Shown piece after piece: positions 20,396 through 33,303 of a stretch of 64,000 bases of DNA (position 1 is its first letter; every line of letters begins with the position of its first letter). The position numbers and the translations under genes are program-made. Source of the DNA: an uncultured Nitrososphaerota archaeon (lineage in GTDB: Archaea > Thermoproteota > Nitrososphaeria > Nitrososphaerales > Nitrosopumilaceae); contig CAWGPD010000002.1 in NCBI GenBank assembly GCA_963824385.1, positions 128,001-192,000 of the forward strand, in the 5' to 3' direction. Under the pieces are notes generated by a model, which was given only the letters and a program-made list of their open reading frames with translations, was not told the origin of the DNA and ran no database searches.

Positions 20396-21538
20396 ATGAA
20401 TTTAGATTATTCGCAAGATTTTCAATACAAAGAGAAAATTTACCTCAATAATGCCTCTGCTTCCAGAATGCCAAGATCAAGCATATCAGCAATGAGTGAT
20501 TTTCTAGTAAAGTATAACGAACTTGGTCCTGACTCTGAGGCTTCTGATAATTATGTAAGAGAAAGACTAGTGAATGTACGTAAGGAAATTTCAGAATTAA
20601 TCAAATGTAAATCAGAGGAGGTAATACTTACTCAGAGTGTAACTGATGGAATAAATCTTGTAGCAAATGGATTGAAATTGAATCCAAATTCCAATATTGT
20701 AATACGTGGCTCAACGCATGAACACCCAGCTAATCATTATGCATGGGTAAGAGCTGGACAGAGAGCTGAGTTGAGAAATTTATCTGTAGATGAAATAGGA
20801 TATTTTGAACTTGATTCTTTTAAGAAAATAATAGATGAAAAAACAGGATTAGTTGTATTGAGTCATGCATTGTTTAATACCGGTGCAATACTTCCCGTTG
20901 AAGAAATTGGTAAGATTCTTTCTGAAAAGAACATACCATATTTTGTTGATGCAGTACAAACAGTTGGATCTATTGAAGATGTAGATGTAAACAAAATTAA
21001 TTGTAATTTTATGTCTTTTAATGGTTCCAAGTGGTTGTGCGGTCCAATGGGAATGGGGATCTTCTTTTGTAGAAGAAATTCAAGTGAACTTATTGAACCA
21101 CTTCAGGTTGGAGGAGAGTCTGCAATATTTCATGAAAATAAAATTATACATAAAGAAATGCCTGCTAGATTTCAGGCAGGCTTTCGTAACTGGTCAGGGG
21201 TTGCATGTCTTGAGGCATCGTTGAATTATTTAAAAAAAATAGGAATGAAAACCATCAGAGAGAGAAATATTATGCTTGCCAATTTATTACGTGAGGAGAT
21301 TTCAAAAATTAATGGTGCAACTCTGTATGGACCAGAGGAGGAAGAAAAACGTACAAGCATAGTCTCTTTTTCTATTCAGGATAAAGATCCAAAGGACTTG
21401 GTAGCAAAGTTAGAGAAACAAAACATGATACTTGCGGTAAGAGATATTTTTACTAAAAAGATTGTAAGGGCTTCGCCTCATTTTTTCAATACAGAATCAG
21501 AAATTCATACGATAGTTGATGCAATAAAAAGAATCTAG
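20396..21538 (+). CDS. Class V PLP aminotransferase / cysteine desulfurase-like
   Basis: IYLNNAS, EHPAN, VDAVQTVG, SFNGSKWLCGP.G.G and RASPHFFNT motifs. Confidence 0.88.
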   Translation: MNLDYSQDFQYKEKIYLNNASASRMPRSSISAMSDFLVKYNELGPDSEASDNYVRERLVNVRKEISELIKCKSEEVILTQSVTDGINLVANGLKLNPNSNIVIRGSTHEHPANHYAWVRAGQRAELRNLSVDEIGYFELDSFKKIIDEKTGLVVLSHALFNTGAILPVEEIGKILSEKNIPYFVDAVQTVGSIEDVDVNKINCNFMSFNGSKWLCGPMGMGIFFCRRNSSELIEPLQVGGESAIFHENKIIHKEMPARFQAGFRNWSGVACLEASLNYLKKIGMKTIRERNIMLANLLREEISKINGATLYGPEEEEKRTSIVSFSIQDKDPKDLVAKLEKQNMILAVRDIFTKKIVRASPHFFNTESEIHTIVDAIKRI

Positions 21539-21796
21539 TTACCTTTCTTGCTCTTCAATTACCATCATAGTCAAGGTAGAGTAAACCTTGTCTATCTTTC
21601 TAATCTTATTTGTAATTATACTTCTTAGGAGATCCATCGAATCGGCTGTAATCTTGACTATAATGTCGTATACACCGTACACCCCTTGTACCTCATATTG
21701 GATATCGTTTTCGCTGTTTAGTATCTGTTTTATTTTTTGAATTATCTCAACATCAGAGCCCAGATCGGAATTAATCAAAATGTAAGTAGTTGGCAT
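21539..21796 (-). CDS. Lrp/AsnC ligand-binding (RAM) domain protein
   Basis: YILIN...GVYGVYDIIVKI...IRKI..V.STLT motif. Confidence 0.88.
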   Translation of the reverse strand: MPTTYILINSDLGSDVEIIQKIKQILNSENDIQYEVQGVYGVYDIIVKITADSMDLLRSIITNKIRKIDKVYSTLTMMVIEEQER

Positions 21797-21872
21797 GTCT
21801 TAATTCGAGTTATACGATATTTAACCTTTGACTAGAATTCTAAAATTGATTTTGTGATATTGAATTTTTATT

Positions 21873-22934
21873 CTAAAGAACAAATTGGAATCTATTTTGT
21901 TTATATTTTTCAGAAAGTTTTCCTTCAATTGCTATTCTATTACCACAAAATTTACAGTTATTTTTATCATCAATATACCATCCTTGGATATCAAAACCAT
22001 ATCTTTTGACTACAATTTTCTTGCATTGAGGACAGTATGTGTTTTCAAGATGATGACCTGGAACATTTCCCAAATAGGCATAATTGAGTCCAATTTCCTT
22101 GGCAATTTCATAATGCCTCTCAAGTGTAGGTATTGGTGTTGACTCAAAGTCCATCATTTTGTAATCTGGATGAAATCTAAGAAAATGAATTGGCATATCA
22201 GGACCAAACTCGTCATAGATGAATTTACATAACTTTTTGGCATATTCTAAATTATCACCAACTTGTGGCACTACCAAGTCAGTTATTTCCACGTGAATCT
22301 TTGTTTTGTCGTTAATTTCCTTCAGGGTATCAAATATTGGTTGAGGATCAGGAATTCCAATATATTTTCGTGAAAATTGAGGTTCTGCATTTCCCTTAAA
22401 ATCTACTGTGATACAATCAAGAAATTCGTTCATCATGTTTACTGTCTCAGGAGTATCATAACCATTTGAGACAAATATGTTAAACAGTCCATTCTTTCTT
22501 GCAATTACTCCACAGTCTCGTGCAAACTCGATAAATACAGATGGCTCATTGTAAGTATACGCAATTCCATCAGCACCTGACTGTTTTGCTGAATCAACTA
22601 CTTCTTGAGGTGTCATATCAGTTCCTTCTATTTTTCTTCGTTGACTAATGTCATAATTTTGACAGTATTTGCATAACCAATTACAGCCAGTTGTAGCAAT
22701 AGAAAATATACTAGTACCAGGCATATAGTGAGTTACAGGTTTTTTTTCAATTGGATCTACATGACCAGCTATTACTTTACCATACGCAAGAAGATCTAGT
22801 CTTCCATTGTTATTTGCTCTAATTCCACATAAGCCAATCTGATTTTTTCCAATTTCGCAGTATCTAGCACATGCTGTACATCGAACCTTGTCATTAGGTA
22901 ATTTTTGGTAGAGAATTGCTTCCTTTGCCGTCAT
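21873..22934 (-). CDS. amrS: AmmeMemoRadiSam system radical SAM enzyme
   Basis: C..C...C N-terminus, DPIEKKP, GCNWLCKYCQN, AYTYNEP, HFLRFHPDY and T.CP.C motifs. Confidence 0.9.
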   Translation of the reverse strand: MTAKEAILYQKLPNDKVRCTACARYCEIGKNQIGLCGIRANNNGRLDLLAYGKVIAGHVDPIEKKPVTHYMPGTSIFSIATTGCNWLCKYCQNYDISQRRKIEGTDMTPQEVVDSAKQSGADGIAYTYNEPSVFIEFARDCGVIARKNGLFNIFVSNGYDTPETVNMMNEFLDCITVDFKGNAEPQFSRKYIGIPDPQPIFDTLKEINDKTKIHVEITDLVVPQVGDNLEYAKKLCKFIYDEFGPDMPIHFLRFHPDYKMMDFESTPIPTLERHYEIAKEIGLNYAYLGNVPGHHLENTYCPQCKKIVVKRYGFDIQGWYIDDKNNCKFCGNRIAIEGKLSEKYKQNRFQFVL

Positions 22935-22952
22935 TATACATTACTCAATTTA

Positions 22953-25097
<2,145 letters not shown>

Positions 25098-25122
25098 AAT
25101 TTTATCACCAAAAAAAATAAAG

Positions 25123-25659
25123 TCATTCGACCGTCACCCTCTTTCCTTGCGGTCGATCCTCTTCATCGAGTCTGAACTTTACTTCCAATATTCCGTTAGA
25201 ATATGTTGCCTTTACAGAATCTTCGTCAACCTTTTGTTTTATTGGGATTTTTGTGTGATATTTTTTATCACCATTTTCTGCATCAAGATTTACAGTACGT
25301 CCTATGACTTCGATCTTGATGTCATTTTTTTCTACTCCAGGCATCTCTGCTACAATTTTGAGAATCTTCTCTTTTTTATCTACAATAACATCTACAAATG
25401 GTTCTCTTATCTCAGATGTTGGAAGTAGACCTGGTCTAACATTTCCATATTCCTTAACCACAGGTTTTCCGTCAGGTCCTACAGTCATTGAATAACCATA
25501 GTAGTAAGGACCAAATGTCTGTGTGTTATCAGAACTTTTCATGTCGTCCCAAATTGTATCTAGTCTTCTAAAAGGCTGCATCATTTTTTGGAAGAGATTG
25601 TCAAACCCATCCCAGTCAGTTATGTCATAGTTATGCATATAGTGTAATAGATATGACAT
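25123..25659 (-). CDS. hsp20: Archaeal small heat-shock protein Hsp20
   Basis: [25 protein letters not shown] and A.Y.NGILEV; the true start may be slightly downstream. Confidence 0.92.
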   Translation of the reverse strand: MSYLLHYMHNYDITDWDGFDNLFQKMMQPFRRLDTIWDDMKSSDNTQTFGPYYYGYSMTVGPDGKPVVKEYGNVRPGLLPTSEIREPFVDVIVDKKEKILKIVAEMPGVEKNDIKIEVIGRTVNLDAENGDKKYHTKIPIKQKVDEDSVKATYSNGILEVKFRLDEEDRPQGKRVTVE

Positions 25660-25731
25660 TATATAAATATTATGAATTAATGGATCATATAATTACATAA
25701 ATTAATATAATTAACAGTATCATATATCATC

Positions 25732-26394
25732 ATGCGAACTCCAAATCTTTCTGTTCCTGATGCAGTTAGAGAGATAATTACAAAAAATAGATCTATTTAT
25801 GATTGCATCAAGATGGGTTTGATAAATTATACATCACTTGCAATAAAACTCCAAAAAGAAGTCGAGTCATATGCAGGAGGACCAGTAAATCCCAATACAA
25901 TTGTAGTTGCAATCAAAAGATATGCTGATTCTTTTGAAAAAAAAGACGAGATGCAAAATGAAACAGTATTAAAAAATGCAAGACTTTCTCTGACTGATGG
26001 AATTGTTGACATAAAATTTTTCTCAGATGATTTTGAAATGAAAGATGCTGTAGATTTAATGGATAGATTTATGAGAATTGATCCAGATTACGAATTTTTT
26101 AGGTCTACTGACTCGTTTAGATTTTTAACAGAGGACATAAGTGATGTAAGAAAAATTTTAGAATCTTTATCATCACATAGAAATTCCTCACAAGCTGGAC
26201 TAGCAAAAATAACCATACATATTCCTGAAAATGAGCACAGTTCGGAGGTAGTTTCGTACGTATCAGAGATTTTACATGATAATGGAATCGAGCTTTTTAA
26301 TGCGTTCTTCGGACAAGACCATATAGTTGCAGTCTTGCATGAAAAGGATGCTGCAAAAGCATATCAAATTCTAAGAAGAGAGATCTCTCGTTAA
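25732..26394 (+). CDS. ACT-domain protein with N-terminal putative DNA-binding helix bundle
   Basis: GLINYTSLA..L...VAIKRY N-domain; C-terminal ACT-like beta-alpha-beta segment. Confidence 0.65.
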   Translation: MRTPNLSVPDAVREIITKNRSIYDCIKMGLINYTSLAIKLQKEVESYAGGPVNPNTIVVAIKRYADSFEKKDEMQNETVLKNARLSLTDGIVDIKFFSDDFEMKDAVDLMDRFMRIDPDYEFFRSTDSFRFLTEDISDVRKILESLSSHRNSSQAGLAKITIHIPENEHSSEVVSYVSEILHDNGIELFNAFFGQDHIVAVLHEKDAAKAYQILRREISR

Positions 26395-26413
26395 TAATAA
26401 CTGGAATAATCTT

Positions 26414-26734
26414 TTAAACGCCAATAGATTCTGCTTTTGTTACTTCTAGGAAGACTTTGTCTCCTACTCCAAGGTTTAGTTCTTTGTATTCGTGCATATC
26501 AAGCTTGATTGAAGTGACGTTACCAGGCTGCCCCATACCTCCTCCAGTCATCATCTTGTTGAGGTTTTTTACCATATCATCCATATTTGTAAAGCCCATT
26601 ACTCCTCCTGCACCAAAAGGTGATGCTGGCGTACTTTGTTCTCTGAAATCTTTGGATGTAGAAAGTGAGAGTATCACATATGGAGATCCATCTGGTGATG
26701 CATCTATTCGTGTGACAATATACTCTTTCTTCAT
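26414..26734 (-). CDS. Hypothetical protein, possibly arcadin-1-like
   Basis: N-terminal beta strands, G/M/P-rich linker, C-terminal IKLD..EY.EL...VGDKV.LEV pattern. Confidence 0.55.
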   Translation of the reverse strand: MKKEYIVTRIDASPDGSPYVILSLSTSKDFREQSTPASPFGAGGVMGFTNMDDMVKNLNKMMTGGGMGQPGNVTSIKLDMHEYKELNLGVGDKVFLEVTKAESIGV

Positions 26735-26858
26735 ATCCTAGATTCTATAAAAGAGCATATTTTATCTTTCGCTCAAATGTTCTATTCTGCCAGAAAGGAA
26801 TTGATGACGTCTGGTAAAAATTACAATGACTTAATACAACTCAAACTTGCTATTTCTC

Positions 26859-27002
26859 ATGAAAACAACACTGATTATTGCAGGCATAATTGCAGCTGCA
26901 GCCGTTGCTGTCGTATTTTATATAAGAAGTAAGAAAAACAAGTCTTCACCAAAAATACAACCACAAACAAATACAACAAAACCAGATACAACTAAAGAAT
27001 AA
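26859..27002 (+). CDS. Small single-TM protein (47 aa)
   Basis: MKTTLIIAGIIAAAAVAVVFYIRSKKNK...TKE*; below the ORF-track cutoff. Confidence 0.6.
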   Translation: MKTTLIIAGIIAAAAVAVVFYIRSKKNKSSPKIQPQTNTTKPDTTKE

Positions 27003-27090
27003 CCGTATCTTGTATTTTTTATTTTAGATAATTTCTAGTAAATCAAGTGTAACATTAGTGAAATATATTGAAGATTAAAAAACTGCACTT

Positions 27091-27792
27091 GTGGGTAAGG
27101 TTTTTGCAGTAGGCGTTGGACCAGGATCGCCAAAATATGTGACTGAAATAGTAAAGGAAATAGTATTAAATTCTGATATTGTGATTGGCTACAAGTACAC
27201 TCTAAATACAATAGAGGCATTTTTGAAAAATAAAGAGATTCATGAAGTTACCATGAAAGACCAAGAGGATGCATATCAAAAAGTCTCAAAGACTCTAGGT
27301 AACAAGACATGCGTAATTCCTTTTACAGGAGATGTGAATTTCTCAGAATCCGAAGTAGTTGATAGATTAATTGAGATATTTGGAGATGTACAAATTATTC
27401 CAGGAATTAGTTCTATTCAAGTAGCCGCATCAAAGGCAAGAGTACCAATTGACAAAAGCAAGGTCATTACAATGCACATCTCTACAAGTATAGAGGAGAA
27501 GAAACTTGAGCTTCAAAAGGCGCTAATTGATGGGTTTAGTGTCATACTTGTACCTAGGCCCTGGCCAAAAGAGCCTTCAAAGCATTTTATGCAGTCAGAA
27601 ATAGCAACTTACTTGAAAGATCATGGTTTTGACACTGTAAATATGAAAGTACATGTCTTTGAGTTTTTAACTACTGATAAAGAGACACATTTTATTGGCA
27701 AAGTAAAAGATTTGGAAGGAAGACAGTTCTCTGATCTTTCTGTAATGGTCTTTGATCAGACAAAATTAGAATCTTACATTAATTTCAAATAA
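27091..27792 (+). CDS. cbiE: Precorrin-6Y C5,15-methyltransferase subunit CbiE
   Basis: VGVGPGSP.Y.T, TGDVNFS and IIPGISSIQVAAS tetrapyrrole methylase motifs. Confidence 0.8.
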   Translation: MGKVFAVGVGPGSPKYVTEIVKEIVLNSDIVIGYKYTLNTIEAFLKNKEIHEVTMKDQEDAYQKVSKTLGNKTCVIPFTGDVNFSESEVVDRLIEIFGDVQIIPGISSIQVAASKARVPIDKSKVITMHISTSIEEKKLELQKALIDGFSVILVPRPWPKEPSKHFMQSEIATYLKDHGFDTVNMKVHVFEFLTTDKETHFIGKVKDLEGRQFSDLSVMVFDQTKLESYINFK

Positions 27793-27793
27793 T

Positions 27794-29481
27794 TTAACGA
27801 AGATTAGGTGTAGATGCACCAATTACATATGATTGTGTGTGAGGCATAGAAATTATCACTCCATTCATCCAGGTATATTGTGGATCATAAAATCGGATTA
27901 TTCCAGTATCGTTTATTATTGCTGTATATGTTTGACCTGGAGCAATTGGGCCACTTACAATCTTTCCGTCAGGTGTAAACGGATTGGTATTAGTCTGTGT
28001 ACTTACTCCACTAAGAATTGTGTGTGCTATAGAATCATTGTTGGTCCAAATGATTGGAGTACCAGGAACTACTTGTACAGTATCTGGATAATAGTATGAA
28101 TTGTATTGATTAGATTGTTGTTGTGTAGCCGTACCCTTTGATAATGATGAACCTAAAGTTATACTAATCTGAACTGGAGGTGCCAAAGTAATTGGGGTGG
28201 ATGACACAACAATTTCTCCATTTATCCAAGTAAATGAAGGATCAAAAATATTCAAAGTGCCAGTTTTTGAAATTGTAGACTATATAGAATTGTCCTGGAG
28301 CAATTATACCAGTATCAAATACTCCATCTGGAGTAAACCGAGGTTGGTTTACAGCAGCAGTTCCTCCCCTAGTTCCACCTTGAGCTGCACCTAGTATTTG
28401 ACCAGTTTCTAATTCATGTGCAATAGAATCATTGTTTGTAAATTCTAATGTTGTTCCAGAGGTTACTCGAAGTGATGAAGGTGATAAAAATTGTACATTA
28501 TTTTGATTAGATGCACCCTGAACTATATTCATCTGAACTATACTTGCTTGAGAAGATGAAGTTGGAGTTAAGGGTGATATCACTCCTACCATAAAGGGAT
28601 AGGTAGGGATCAAAGAAAGTAATATCGCCTAGTGTTTGAGATTGAGGAATATTATAGATCTGTGCAATTTTTTGAGATAGTCTACTAGTAGTATTAAAAG
28701 CAGTTATTGTATATTGAAATGATTGTTGTGGAGCTAAAATTCCACTATCAATTTTACCATCTGGGGTAAATACTGGAGTTGATTGGTTTCCAATGGTTGC
28801 TGAAGCTATGCCACTCATTATTCTATGAGGTACAACATCATTGTTAGTCCAAATTATTGTAGTGCCAGGAGCTACCTGTATACTTGATGGGTTAAAGTGA
28901 ACTTGATTATTTGGATCTGATCCATGATATACAATGCTTATACCTACTGTGTTTGAAGATGATTGTTGTCCTGGCATAGTTTGTGTAGTAGGAATTGTTG
29001 ATAGTGTTGTAGATTCGATATTAGATATCATTTCGGCACTAAAGCTTACTTTCATAGTTTCAGAACCAGTTATCTTACCTGTTATGGTATAGATGGAACC
29101 CTCTTGATCATTACTAATGATTCTTCCAAACAAATTTAGATGAATTACATTTCCATTTTGATCCTGTGCATCTCCTTTAATTACAAAATATTTCCCATCC
29201 CGTAAGATTGGGGTTTGCCAAACTCCTGAATTAAGATAATGAACATGTGCTATAGTAACAAGACCTGTATCAAGAGTAGATTGTATCGTAGTACCATTCA
29301 TGGGTCCTATTGTAAGTTGTAATGCCATATTAGAGTCAAGAATGGTTTGGTTACCTGAAAGATATCCTGTGGCCTTGATTACGTATTTGTCATTTGGAGA
29401 AAAATCAGAATATGCATTAGGTAACAATAGTACAGTAGTAAGTCCTGTAATTACCATTAGAAGGAGGAATACATTCTTCAT
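27794..29481 (-). CDS. Secreted protein with three cupredoxin (plastocyanin-like) domains; two frameshifts
   Basis: Signal peptide; three repeats of P..I.V..GT...(W/F)TNND...H....G...PDG..(D/V)(S/T)G..APG/Q across ORFs 28507..29481, 28242..28613 and 27794..28255. Confidence 0.8.
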
Positions 29482-29562
29482 TAGACTAGCTAATCTCTCG
29501 TTGCATATTTAATTACTGGGTATAATTTATCACACAATTAGGCAATTCCCGATTGATTGTTT

Positions 29563-30105
29563 TTACAAACTAGATTTTGAAGGACTAATGCTTGAACCAA
29601 ATTGTTGAATCATGGCATATTCAATGAATCCACCCGCAAGTAAGAGAGCCAAGGCAATTCCTATTTCTATACCAGTCTGTCTGAGTTCATTTTTTAGAGG
29701 TTTTCTTCGGATTATAGTATTTATCAGCAAAAAGCTTCTTGACATTCCAAGTGAATATGCGACAAGCTCCATTACACCAAAGGGGGACAGGTAAATCAGT
29801 GCTAATGGAGGAATTTTTGCTAGTGCCGGAGTTGTGGTTACCAGAGCTTCAAAGGCAACTCCTGTAGACCAAGCTGCAAATGCTCCCCAAGCAAGACCAA
29901 AACCTGGAATAAACATTGGCAATGCAACAGATGCATTATGTTCAAAAATTCCTATGGCATCAATTCCTTGAACTACTTTTTGAAAATCTTTAAGAAATGA
30001 TTTCGAGTCTTCATCAGATATTTTGCTTACACTCCCAATTGAATAAGATAATGAGAAAATTCCGATAAAAATTAAAAATACCAGAATTCTTCTATTTCTA
30101 AACAA
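29563..30105 (-). CDS. SpoIIM-family membrane protein
   Basis: IFEHN...AL.MF, LSPFG..EL.AY and LLL.GG.IE SpoIIM motifs. Confidence 0.8.
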   Translation of the reverse strand: MFRNRRILVFLIFIGIFSLSYSIGSVSKISDEDSKSFLKDFQKVVQGIDAIGIFEHNASVALPMFIPGFGLAWGAFAAWSTGVAFEALVTTTPALAKIPPLALIYLSPFGVMELVAYSLGMSRSFLLINTIIRRKPLKNELRQTGIEIGIALALLLAGGFIEYAMIQQFGSSISPSKSSL

Positions 30106-30166
30106 TAATTCTTTTTTAAGAGAACTATATTTGAGGTTTGGCGGTTGGCACAGATTTAATTAAAAG

Positions 30167-31616
30167 TTGGATTATGAGACCTTGTTGAAAGAAGAGGTCT
30201 CATCTGCTATAACTTATGCACTAAGTAAAGGATTTCAGATTCATCCTGATGCGTTTAAGATACTAGAAAAGATCGATGTAAAAGAACTTCAAAATATAAT
30301 CAAACAAGTTGTACGAGAAAAATCTAAACAAAATATGTTTTTGATTAATCAAAGTGATCTTAAGATGTTTGTAGAATCGGAAATAGATGACAGTATTGAA
30401 AATGATCATGTTATTTTGTTTGATCCTACAAAAAAGGTCACATCTGCAGAAGGAATTGATGGTTTTACTGCATTATTTCGGAGTAGATATTCAAAACTGC
30501 TCAAAATTATGATGCAGCGTGCACAGTCAAAGAAACTGACTCCAATTTCAAACGTGACTAATGGCAAATTGGATGAAGAGACCTACATTGCAGGGCTGTT
30601 GATGGATAGAAGAATAGACAGAGATGTGACAAAACTAGTCATTGATGATCCAACAGGCTCTATAGAACTCTTAATTTTCAATAAGGAGATACAAGAAACT
30701 GCAAATTCTTTGCTAATTGACCAGTTTGTGATGATATCAATTGCAAGTGGAAAAAATGGAGGATTTTTTGTAAAAGAGATTCTAGTTCCTGACATACCTG
30801 AACATATAGCAAATCGCTCAAAGACTGAAACCTATGCTGTTTTGATCTCTGATTTACACGTAGGCAGTAAGTTCTTTATGGAAAAAGAGTTTACAGAGTT
30901 TGTTTCATGGCTTTCAAGTCCTGATCCAATAGCAAGAAAAGTCAGGTTTGTCCTAGTCGGCGGAGACATAATTGATGGAATTGGTATTTTTCCCAATCAG
31001 GACAAGGAACTCTTGCTGTTAGATGTCAACGAGCAGATGGCAAAGGCTACCGAGCTTTTAGACAAGATTCCAAAACACATCAAGGTATTCATCATTCCTG
31101 GAAACCATGACCCTGGAAGAAGAGCCTCTTCCACAGCCAGCAATTCCAGAAAAACATAACATGCATCTTTGGAATAGAGAGAACTTTTTCATGTTAGGCA
31201 ATCCTTCAATGCTTGAGTTAAATGGGGTTAAGATTTTGATGTTTCATGGACAAAGCCTTGATGATGTTGTAGGTAGCACTCCAGGGTTAAGTTATGCGCA
31301 GCCAGCAAAAGCCATGCGAGTTTTGCTCAAGACTAGACATTTGAGTCCAATATATGGCAAGAGGACACCAATCGCACCAGAATTAGAGGATTTAATGGTA
31401 ATATCTGATGTTCCAGATATCTATCATTCTGGACACATACATGTTGTTGATCTTGACATGTACAAAGGAACTTTGATTGTAAACTCTGGTGCGTGGCAAA
31501 GTCAGACTCCATTTCAGGCAAGTGTTGGAATTAGTCCAACACCTGGAATAGCTATTATTGTAAATCTTGCTACAATGAAGGTTTTTACAAAAGACTTTAC
31601 TGAAAATTCTAGCTAA
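30167..31616 (+). CDS. polB: DNA polymerase D small (proofreading) subunit DP1, frameshift near 31125
   Basis: ISDLHVGS, GDIIDG, PGNHD, FHG.SLDD, RHLSP.YG, HSGHIH and NSGAWQ.QT.FQ motifs. Confidence 0.95.
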
Positions 31617-31618
31617 GA

Positions 31619-32842
31619 TTACAAAATATCTTCCAAAGTTAGATCTTCTTTGAACGCTTTTTTTACAGTATCAGCATTTAATGTAAGATTGTATTTTTTT
31701 GTTCGTCCATGCATACCTTGATGAACAATTTTTCCTGTAATCAGTCCGGTCATCTCTATCTCACTTAGCATTTGTGTAATTCTACGTTGGGTAAGTTCTT
31801 TTTGTCTTGTAATTTTACAGAGGTTTTTGTATGAATGATATATCTCACCTGTAGTATTTCCACCTGCTTTCATTACTCCCAATATTAGCAATTTTTCATG
31901 TAATGGGTATGAATTTAGTGCTGTAGTCTCCTTGTCTTCTTCCATCTTAAGGGAGGCTCGTCGTATGTGATCTTCCTTTACTGTATCAGATTGTTCACGT
32001 TCGGCTATCTCACCTGCCACTCTTAACAGGTCTATGGCTCTTCTTGCATCACCATGTTCCTGCCCAGACATGGCCGAACAGAGGTTAACTGCTGCCTGCT
32101 CTACAGAATTAGGTATAAAGCCAGCCTTGATGCGCTCTTCTAGAATTTCTTTGATCTGACCAACTGTATAATTGGTAAAGACTACCTCTTCCTCACTTAG
32201 GCTGCTCAAAACTCTAGGATCTAGTCGTTCCTTAAATGTAAGATCATTAGAGATTCCTATTAGTGTCAATGTGCCTTTTTTTAGCCTCTCATTAGCCCTT
32301 GTTAACGAATAGAATACATCTTTGCCTGATTTAGATACAAGTTCTACAAGATAATCTATCTCATCTACTACAAATACTGTATTCAGACCATCTTTTTCTA
32401 TTGCTGAAATAATACGGTTGAATACTTCACTAATTGAAAGCCCTGTGGAAGGTAACTCTTTTTGAGATGTAAGACCCAACTGTCTTCCAAGTTTTACTAG
32501 TAATCCATAAAGTGTAGTCTCTTCTTTTGCATTTGCATAAAGTAGGTGAATTGGAAAAGAGTTATCCTTTACTCGTTCTTGTATTTTACCCAGGACTTTT
32601 TTTACTACTAGGGTTTTACCTGTCCCTGGTTTTCCATAAACTAGCAAGTTTGATGGACGTGATTTTTTTAATAGAGGTAATAGTGATTGGGTGACCTTTT
32701 TTTGTTCTTCTTCTCGATGTAATATAATATCAGGAATAAATGAATAATGTAGGACTTCACGATTTTTGAATAATGACTTGCCACTTTCAGCATCATCTAA
32801 TAATTTATCAATCGGATCTTTTGTCAATGACCCACACACCAT
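31619..32842 (-). CDS. cdc6: Orc1/Cdc6 replication initiator
   Basis: GKPGTGKT Walker A, VDEID, LDPRV.SSL, HGDARRAIDLLR and a C-terminal winged helix. Confidence 0.96.
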   Translation of the reverse strand: MVCGSLTKDPIDKLLDDAESGKSLFKNREVLHYSFIPDIILHREEEQKKVTQSLLPLLKKSRPSNLLVYGKPGTGKTLVVKKVLGKIQERVKDNSFPIHLLYANAKEETTLYGLLVKLGRQLGLTSQKELPSTGLSISEVFNRIISAIEKDGLNTVFVVDEIDYLVELVSKSGKDVFYSLTRANERLKKGTLTLIGISNDLTFKERLDPRVLSSLSEEEVVFTNYTVGQIKEILEERIKAGFIPNSVEQAAVNLCSAMSGQEHGDARRAIDLLRVAGEIAEREQSDTVKEDHIRRASLKMEEDKETTALNSYPLHEKLLILGVMKAGGNTTGEIYHSYKNLCKITRQKELTQRRITQMLSEIEMTGLITGKIVHQGMHGRTKKYNLTLNADTVKKAFKEDLTLEDIL

Positions 32843-32967
32843 TGTTTCTTCTCTGTATACATAATGATTCTACCTATTAATCAAATTAGAATTGAATAAC
32901 TAAACCAAATTTAGTATATCATTAATTATTTTTATTATTATTTTCATTAAAAAATTTTTTAAATAAA

Positions 32968-32995
32968 GTTCAGAGTGGAAGTATAGGTGTGTGGG
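32968..32995 (+). promoter_or_regulatory. ORB-like origin recognition box 1
   Basis: GTTCAGAGTGGAAGTATAGGTGTGTGGG resembles the archaeal ORB consensus (TCCAxTGGAAAyxAAGGGG). Confidence 0.65.
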
Positions 32996-33060
32996 TAATC
33001 CTAAGATGATGTTAACAACCAGTGAACATTCTGTTAATTTTTTACTTGAAAAGGCCAAAA

Positions 33061-33084
33061 TGACCCCTTTATTTCCAGTCCAGG
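33061..33084 (-). promoter_or_regulatory. ORB box 2
   Basis: Reverse complement CCTGGACTGGAAATAAAGGGGTCA, with G-string. Confidence 0.82.
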
Positions 33085-33122
33085 CGTGAAGATGGCCCTT
33101 AACATTGTTAACATCCAAAAGG

Positions 33123-33146
33123 CAACCCCCTTGTTTCCACTCTAGG
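33123..33146 (-). promoter_or_regulatory. ORB box 3
   Basis: Reverse complement CCTAGAGTGGAAACAAGGGGGTTG, with G-string. Confidence 0.85.
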
Positions 33147-33303
33147 CATGAAATCTAGGGTTATTTGGATATAAGCCTCAAAGAGCCTGTGAAGATGATA
33201 ATAACAGTCAGGCGTGGCCTAGGCAGTGAATGTTAACAAACCTAGGTGTTAACAAATCTTCTATGATCTGTTCAAGTGTTAACAGTGAACCAGATCGATC
33301 CCA

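Larger units (their letters stand above)
33010..33284. repeat. Five copies of the palindrome TGTTAACA in oriC
   Basis: Exact copies at 33010, 33106, 33231, 33247 and 33277. Confidence 0.9.
32860..33300. other. Chromosomal replication origin (oriC)
   Basis: Intergenic region upstream of cdc6 with a very AT-rich tract (about 32880-32967) and three ORB-like boxes. Confidence 0.85.

Noticed and set aside
32900..33118. 72-aa minus-strand ORF inside oriC
   Set aside because: It overlaps the ORB boxes and the AT-rich tract and has no protein-like features.
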